This document shows, one piece after another, positions 55,979 to 64,000 of a DNA stretch of 64,000 bases. A program made the position numbers and the translations under genes. Under the pieces are notes generated by a model. The model saw nothing but the letters and a program-made list of their open reading frames with translations. It made no database searches and was not told the DNA's origin. How positions within the stretch are numbered: the stretch's first letter is position 1; each line of letters opens with the position of its first letter. The stretch lies in assembly GCA_964016885.1 (NCBI GenBank), contig OZ024748.1:9548001-9612000 (forward strand), read 5' to 3'. The stretch is from Eledone cirrhosa (taxonomy: Eukaryota).

Positions 55979-57297
55979 ACATCTCTTAAACTCAGTTTTT
56001 CCCTCAGTTCATCCAAGCTCTACCTTTCTCTCACGTTTACATTGCACATTCAACGAAGCATGGCTGTTTTGTTTCTCTCCAGTCTACACATGTCTTCTGC
56101 AGTCACAGCCCATGTTTCATTACCATGCAGAGTAATGTAAATGCTAAAGAGTTAAGCAAGTACATATTAGATGATGTAGTTCTCAATATACCATTTCAAA
56201 AAGTAAACAGAATAGTCACAGTGATCGTGGTAACTTTGATCATATGTCTGCTTGATCAGGTCTGATCTATAGCTAAAAAAACAATCCAACGAGGTATGTT
56301 CGTGTTTATACTAAATTAACTATTGTTTTTTTCCTACAGATGGCGTCTCTGAATAGTCTTTTCTTGGGTATCTATTTTTTAACTTTCTACTGATCTTAAA
56401 ACTACAGGAACTAAAAGAAAATGTTTATCCTATCTTTATCAACAAAGAAACTCTTTGTCCTTTCACATAACATCTCATGTTTTTTAACACTCGCTCCTAA
56501 TTCACTTGTATTGCCAACATCTTTCAATCTAATCTTCAATATCACATTATAATCATTTTTATACTATTCAAGTATAATATAATAACTATATAAAACAACT
56601 ATTGTGATGAAGTTTAAACAATATACTGAACAAAAGCTCACTAAAACAATAGCTGTATAGAATTGTTTTATAAAACAATATCTGGTTGCTATTTCCTCAC
56701 TTTTCTCTCGAATCCATTCAAAATTTAAGATAATCCTTAAATTTAAGACATTTTCAATAAGATATTCTCAATAAACTTCTCTTCCTATAATTCAAAATCC
56801 TTGTTACACTAAAACCAGCATTTATAAGGTTCTATCAGGAAAGATATTATTGAATTAGTTTGTTAAACTGTAAGTAAATATAAATTTCCCACCAGGAATC
56901 TAAAAACCAATTGAAAATATTGACACAGATTTCTACCCAAACATAGTTTAACTACAAACAACTCTTGTTAATCTTCATTGTGCATATGTTCATACTTCTT
57001 ATTGAGAGTTATATATAGTAATATTGATCTTAATTCGGATGGAACTAAATTACAAACATAACACTCCCACCTCTCTCTTCCCAACCTCTCTCTCTCTCTC
57101 TTCTCATCTTTAACTCATCTTTTATTTATAAACAATTGTTGCATGTATAGATGGAGAGCAAAACAAACAACAAATCAAACAACAACAAACAACAACAAAA
57201 CTAACAAAACAAACATCTCAATATTTTAAACAGTTTTATCACAAATCATTAACGATTCCTTTCTACAAAATACATTTACACAACAATGCAGATTACT

Positions 57298-57656
57298 AAT
57301 ATATTTATAGGGTTCTGAAAGGAATATATTTATAGGGTTCTGAAAGGAATATATTTATAGGGTTCTGAAAGGAATATATTTATAGGGTTCTGAAAGGAAT
57401 ATATTTATAGGGATCTGAGAGGAATATATTTATAGGGTTCTGAAAGGAATATATTTATAGGGTTCTGAAAGGAATATATTTATAGGGTTCTGAAAGGAAT
57501 ATATTTATAGGGTTCTGAAAGGAATATATTTATAAGGTTCTGAAAGGAATATATTTATAGGGTTCTGAAAGGAATATATTTATAGGGATCTGAAAGGAAT
57601 ATATTTATAGGGATCTGAAAGGAATACATTTATAGGGTTCTGAAAGGAATATATTT
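57298..57656. repeat. ~25-bp minisatellite (aatatatttatagggttctgaaagg)
   Basis: About 14 copies. Confidence 0.95.
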
Positions 57657-57737
57657 CAATCGTATCACAAATAATTCTTTAATAGCAACTAGGACGCACA
57701 AAATTAATTAATAAATAAGTCAGCTGCAAAATAGCAT

Positions 57738-58294
57738 ATTAATTAAACATGTAGGAACATTAACTAAACATGTAGGAACATTAACTGAACATGTAGGAAC
57801 ATTAACTAAACATCTAAGAACATTAACTAAACATGTAGGAACATTAATTAAACATGTAGGAACATTAACTAAACATGTAGGAACATTAACTAAACATGTA
57901 GGAACATTAACTAAACATCTAAGAACATTAGATGAACATGTAGGAACATTAGCTAAACATGTAGGAACATTAGCTAAACATGTAGGAACATTAGCTAAAC
58001 ATGTAAGAACATTAGCTAAACATGTAAGAACAATAGTTAAACATGTAGGAACATTAATTAAACATATAGGTACATTAATTAAACATGTAGGTACATTAAT
58101 TAAACATGTAGGTACATTAACTAAACATGTAAGAACATTAATTAAACATGTAGGAACATTAATTAAACATGTAGGAACATTAATTAAACATGTAAGAACA
58201 TTAACTAAACATGTAGGAACATTAATTAAACATGTAGGAACATTAATTAAACATGTAGGAACATTAACTAAACATGTAGGAACATTAACTAAAC
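57738..58294. repeat. 21-bp minisatellite (aaacatgtaggaacattaact)
   Basis: About 26 copies. Confidence 0.95.
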
Positions 58295-58504
58295 AGTTGT
58301 ATTGGTTGTATCGACAATCATCATTAACCACATAACAGTATTGTGGGTGTGGTCTATTTTAACAGGGCACTAGTGACGTCATCACATGCTCCACCTGTCT
58401 AAAGGGTCCTCTCAAAACCTACATTCTCTCCATCCAATCACCAACAGTATAGCTTCTGGTCCCTCACTACTTTTAGTGTCACCTCTCGTCTCTCACTAAT
58501 GTTA

Positions 58505-59283
58505 GTGTCACAGTACTGGTACTGGTGTGTGTGTGTCACAGTACTAGTGTGTGTGTCACAGTACTGGTACTGGTGTGTGTGTGTCACAGTACTGGTGTGT
58601 GTGTCACAGTACTGGTACTGGTGTGTGTGTGTCACAGTACTGGTACTAGTGTGTGTGTCACAGTATCTGTACTGGTACATGTGTCACAGTACTGGTACAT
58701 GTGTCACAGTACTGGTGTGTGTGTGTCACAGTACTGGTACTGGTGTGTGTGTGTGTCACAGTACTGGTGTGTGTGTCGCAGTACTGGTACTAGTGTGTGT
58801 GTCACAGTATCTGTACTGGTACATGTGTCACAGTACTGGTACATGTGTCACAGTACTGGTGTGTGTCGCAGTACTGGTACTAGTGTGTGTGTCACAGTAT
58901 CTGTACTGGTACATGTGTCACAGTACTGGTACATGTGTCACAGTACTGGTGTGTGTCACAGTACTGGTACTAGTGTGTGTGTCACAGTATCTGTACTGGT
59001 ACATGTGTCACAGTACTGGTACATGTGTCACAGTACTGGTGTGTGTGTCACAGTACTGGTACTAGTGTGTGTGTCACAGTATCTGTACTGGTACATGTGT
59101 CACAGTACTGGTGTGTGTGTCACAGTACTGGTACTAGTGTGTGTGTCACAGTATCTGTACTGGTACATGTGTCATAGTACTGTTGTGTATGCCACAGTAC
59201 TGGTGTGTGTGTCACAGTATCTGTACTGGTACATGTGTCACAGTACTGGTACATGTGTCACAGTACTGGTACATGTGTGTGTG
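58505..59283. repeat. Minisatellite (gtgtcacagtactggtac variants)
   Basis: Directly visible. Confidence 0.9.
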
Positions 59284-59461
59284 TCTCAGTTTCTTCACTA
59301 CAACAAATTTTGTTTTTAAAAATCTTCAACTCAATCTTAAATTTTCCAATTCACAGTTCCTTCGTTTACATTCTTCTCTTTCCAGAATTCTTTTCTGCAT
59401 TATTTAAATCTTTTAACTCTAATTAGTTTCATGTGGCTAATCATTTTGAAATTAATTTCAG

Positions 59462-59667
59462 AATGTGCTCGTGACCGGCTAAAGTACCTAAAAATGATAA
59501 AGGAGAGACCAGCTGAGAAGAACGACAGAATATTTCTTTGTGAACACAATGGAAATTATGCTAAAGTACAGTGTACTGGTTCTGTGTGTTACTGTGTTGA
59601 TCAACTAGGCAATCAGATGGGAGGTAGCACAGTTCACATTTCACAGACTGGTTCAGTGAAGTGTTAA
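59462..59667 (+). CDS. Thyroglobulin type-1 domain protein, last coding exon (second Tg1 domain, ...CEHNGNYAKVQCTGSVCYCVDQLG...VKC*)
   Basis: tttcag acceptor ending 59461, full six-Cys Tg1 domain, TAA at 59665-59667. The four exons total 462 nt = 153 aa + stop. Confidence 0.9.
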
Positions 59668-60619
59668 GTAAGTATTGGTCTTATTTCTCCCCCTCCCCCA
59701 CCTTTTTTTTATATTACAAATCAATATTCCAATATTGAGATCTTTGCTCTGATATAACTACATCAATGGACCACCATGCCTGATCATGCTTACAGCTAAA
59801 CACATTCCCACAAGTAAACACATACCTACCCTCATAATGTCTATCAATAAAAACAACATTTTTTGTGTGTTTTTTACAACCTTTTGTTCTGCCTTTTTCA
59901 AATTTTTTTAGGTTTATTTTCATTGTATCAAATGTTGTTATATTTAACAAATAATTCTTCACTTTTTTTATTCCATGTTTTTACATTATTTTCAAATTTT
60001 TTCACTATTCTCAATGGCTGGCTGAATTTTATCTGACAAGTTTAAGCTAATTATCTGCCATTCTGTAGCATGGAGCTTGTCGAAAGTAATTTGATAAATC
60101 TATTAGAAGAGAATCAAAGTATGATTATTCTAGAAGAAAGCCTTACAGACACAGCATTCGGTACTCACATCAAAGCTCACCAATTCTACTATGGTTATAA
60201 CAAGGATCTATGTAGAATTTCTAATTCAATGGCCAACTATTGTATAGACGGAAATATTCCAATTTCAAAATCATTGTTGCCATAGATTCACATTTCTAGA
60301 GAGATATATATCTAATGATGTCACTCTTCTTGTATAAGCATTAAGTATCGTTCAGTTAACAAGCTATCAATATATCACACTAAACACAGCTTCTATGTAA
60401 CATATATATATATATATATACTATACAAATATTTAACAAATTAATTTCTTTTGATGAATAAATTTAGAAATTTAATTCAACTATCTATTTAATAAAATAT
60501 ATCTTCAGAAGCCTATATATGTGTGTGTGTGTGTGTGTGTGTGCACAAAAGGATTTATCACTTGTATGTGCTTGTACAGTGTTTATGTTTGCATTACACA
60601 AACATATATGTACACCCAT

Positions 60620-60657
<38 letters not shown>

Positions 60658-60699
60658 ATGGATGTACATACATAGCTTTAAACATATATGTACACCCAT

Positions 60700-60743
<44 letters not shown>

Positions 60744-60822
60744 ATGGATGTACATATATGTTTGTGTAATGCAAACATAAACACTGTACAAGCACATACA
60801 CGTGATAAATCCTTTTGTGCAC

Positions 60823-60881
<59 letters not shown>

Positions 60882-61138
60882 TTATATCCAAGTTAATGTT
60901 CTACTTTCATAAATGTATTCATATATGTGAACAATGTGTTGTTTTTTTTCAAAAAAAGAAAATATCCTACTCTCCCCTCACAACCAACACCTACAACTAC
61001 TAAACCATCAATATGATATATATAACATCTTATAGAATATTCACTGAGGGGTACATGTAGATCTCAATACAGTACTCTAAAAACAACACTTTTTAGAGTA
61101 CTTTATTCGGATGTACCTTACATTCGTTTTGTATTACG

Positions 61139-61179
<41 letters not shown>

Positions 61180-61341
61180 TTTAATTATATCTCAAAATAA
61201 TACAACTGGTTTTTCCACATTATACATATTGTTAGCACCCCAAACACTTAAATTGGGTTTATATTTTAATATAACCTAATGTTTGTTGAGTGAGATGGTT
61301 ACCAGTCAGAGTTTAGCTTTAAACTATCTCTGTTATTGTAT

Positions 61342-61411
<70 letters not shown>

Positions 61412-61985
61412 TTGTAATGTAAATATATATCTCGACTGCATCAATGAACAACAACCAGTACACTGCAGAAATTATTAACTGTCAGAAAAGAAAAACGAAC
61501 TTGGTGAAGGAAATATAACTGTAAGCATTCGTCTGTAATAGAATTGTTTCGGTCCAAGAATTGTTTTGGAACTTAACTATTTGGTCATTAGAGTTCTGTC
61601 CACATCTGACACCATAAACCAGTCATAGAGAGATATATGACACACTGAGCATATCAATACAATAGGTTATTGATCTCTCTCTCTCTCTCTCTCTCTTTCC
61701 TTTACAGTACACACACACACGCACGCACACATCATTATCATAGGTTTTACAATGTTCAGATAGATATTGATATATTCATGTATGAATACACACATATATA
61801 CCAGCTAGGACAACTTCGTCGACTACGTCGAGCAAAACTAACTGGTAAGCTGCCTCTTCCCTTTTCCTTACACTCATCTACTTTACATAAATTAGCATAC
61901 ATAAAACAGATACTTCTATTTTCTCTCATATATACACACACACGTGTGGTGGGGGGGGGGGGGGGGTATTTAATTTGTGGAACAA

Positions 61986-62173
61986 ATAATTGTTTCTACT
62001 TTTGACACAAGGCCAGCTATTACCCCAGTACATTACTGGTACTTTATTTTACCGACCTCGTAAGGATGAAAGGCAAAGTTAACCTCGGCGGGATTTGAAC
62101 TCAGATCGTAAAGGGACGTAACTATGCTGGAAAGCATCTCCGACCCTCTACCGATACTGCCAATCCACCACCC
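61986..62173 (-). mobile_element. tRNA-derived SINE, second family
   Basis: Reverse complement of 38330-38521. Confidence 0.85.
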
Positions 62174-62431
62174 TTTGTGGAACAAATAATGCAAGCCACT
62201 TTGTGTGATTCTCTGTTTTTATATTTAAAACTCTCCCAGATCCCTGGAGTATGTTTTTGTCTACTAATTAGATAAATAATCTTATTTCATGGAAACTTTT
62301 TCAACTCAACAATATTACAGAAGCTACTATAAAGTCATTATATATTACTATGTTACTATGGCAATAAATGATGGCTTCTCTCTCTCTTTCTCCCTCTCCC
62401 TCTCTCTACTTCTCATTTTCTCTATATTTCT

Positions 62432-62516
<85 letters not shown>

Positions 62517-62541
62517 CTCATTTTCTCTATATTTCTATCTT

Positions 62542-62572
<31 letters not shown>

Positions 62573-62834
62573 CTCTTCTCATCTTCCTTCTATATCACTT
62601 TATCAAAGACCTAAGTAACCAAACAGATATATCTACTGCTGGAAGCGTCAGAACGGAAGTTGCTATGAACTTATTGATTGTGAAGAGGGCCTCCTTGTAG
62701 ACTGAATCAGATAGAAGATATAGTTGATAGATGACTATCAAATAATTTCAGAGTCAAATAACAACTCAAACCAACATATCTAAATATAAAAGTAATACTA
62801 CTTACTATATATTGACTTATACATATGTGTGTGA

Positions 62835-62873
<39 letters not shown>

Positions 62874-63015
62874 AGATTAAAGGTTTAAGCAAATATTTTA
62901 TGCTTTCTCCCTAAAACCAGATCTTCTGAAACTTTAGGGTGAAAGCAGAAATTGTTTGCTTAACCTTTTAATCTGTGCCAATAAATATTTTATCTACAGA
63001 TATTTACATGTGTGT

Positions 63016-63016
<1 letters not shown>

Positions 63017-63077
<61 letters not shown>
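63017..63077. repeat. (GATA)n microsatellite
   Basis: Directly visible. Confidence 0.95.
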
Positions 63078-63078
<1 letters not shown>

Positions 63079-63815
63079 TGCGATGAGCAATGCAGATTAA
63101 TGTGAGTCCTTATGTCAGAAAATCATAAAACCTAAACTAATGTTAGTTTACAGCCGTTATATTAACAGTAAATTGTAACATCAATAATATTCAACACCCG
63201 CTCTAATTATGTTGGTCTGTTAAACAGCAAAACTGCAATTTTATGATTTAGTTGATATTCAGATAAAACTGGTCATAACAATATTAGCATAATATAATTT
63301 GAATGGATCAAATACCAGCCTCCATCATCTGCAGCAATATATCCCATAAACAGAAAATATCTTGCTCACTAACTCCTCTTAACTTTCAACTGATAAATGT
63401 AGGATTTGAAAACTAAGAATAATCAATACAACCTAAAATATTATAAAAGAATATTATAATCCGTGTGCAACCTTACAATCTATGCACTACGAAAGTTCAT
63501 GGAGATACTTTTGTCACACTATAACTTTCAACAAATATTCTCAAGGATTTTCTTTTTCTAAACATAATTTTTTTTAAGCATTTAAACCCATTAATGTATT
63601 CACGCAGGTAATCTAACAATCTAGATCTCTTTTTCTAGTCTGCATTACATCCACAAATATAGCCTGTGACTTAATACCAACAATTGGGAATGCATGTGTA
63701 CGTAAATGTGTACATGTGCATGCTTGTATATACACACACACACACACACACATATGCATACGTGCATACATACATTTTAATGATTCTGTGAGTACTCAGG
63801 TAAAATTCCAGACAG

Positions 63816-63871
<56 letters not shown>

Positions 63872-64000
63872 ACAAATCACTTTCAACTTCTTTTTTCCAG
63901 ATATTTCCATAAAGAGAACAAAAAGGTGCTACTGCTCATATTAATGAAACCTGACAACCAGAACTTTAGGAATGAATTACCTCCCTTACCTGGCATAATA

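Noticed and set aside
60070-60285. 71-aa ORF downstream of the Tg1 gene
   Set aside because: No recognisable motif; may be 3' UTR or intron.
61800-64000. Isolated splice-like signals (donor at 61845, minus-strand donors near 63476 and 63989; also 8016 and an acceptor at 24203)
   Set aside because: No consistent reading frame or recognisable protein could be assembled; needs RNA-seq.

Overview
Eukaryotic, very AT-rich, microsatellite-dense DNA. The SINE/LINE complement resembles an octopod cephalopod genome (inferred from repeat style only). One complete spliced protein-coding gene can be built on the + strand from four phase-compatible exons (41570-41627, 44412-44523, 50820-50905, 59462-59667). 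It gives 153 aa: a signal peptide plus two thyroglobulin type-1 domains, i.e. a thyropin/equistatin-like secreted protein. The rest is repeats: tRNA-derived SINEs of two families, RTE and R4/Dong-like LINE fragments, an internally deleted mariner, piggyBac-, Tigger- and hAT-like MITEs, many mini/microsatellites and a 200-nt N gap. The most notable signal is invisible in the ORF track. About a dozen short non-coding elements sit in (TA)n tracts and carry minimal type I hammerhead ribozyme folds with palindromic stem III. Many are fold-back palindromes, and several families share a TTGAGT tail motif. They include a compensatory U3-A8 core variant and versions with very long stem II. They are best read as Penelope-like (PLE) pLTR remnants or retrozyme-like elements. 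All folds were done by eye; no searches were run. Nearly all listed ORFs are microsatellite artefacts.
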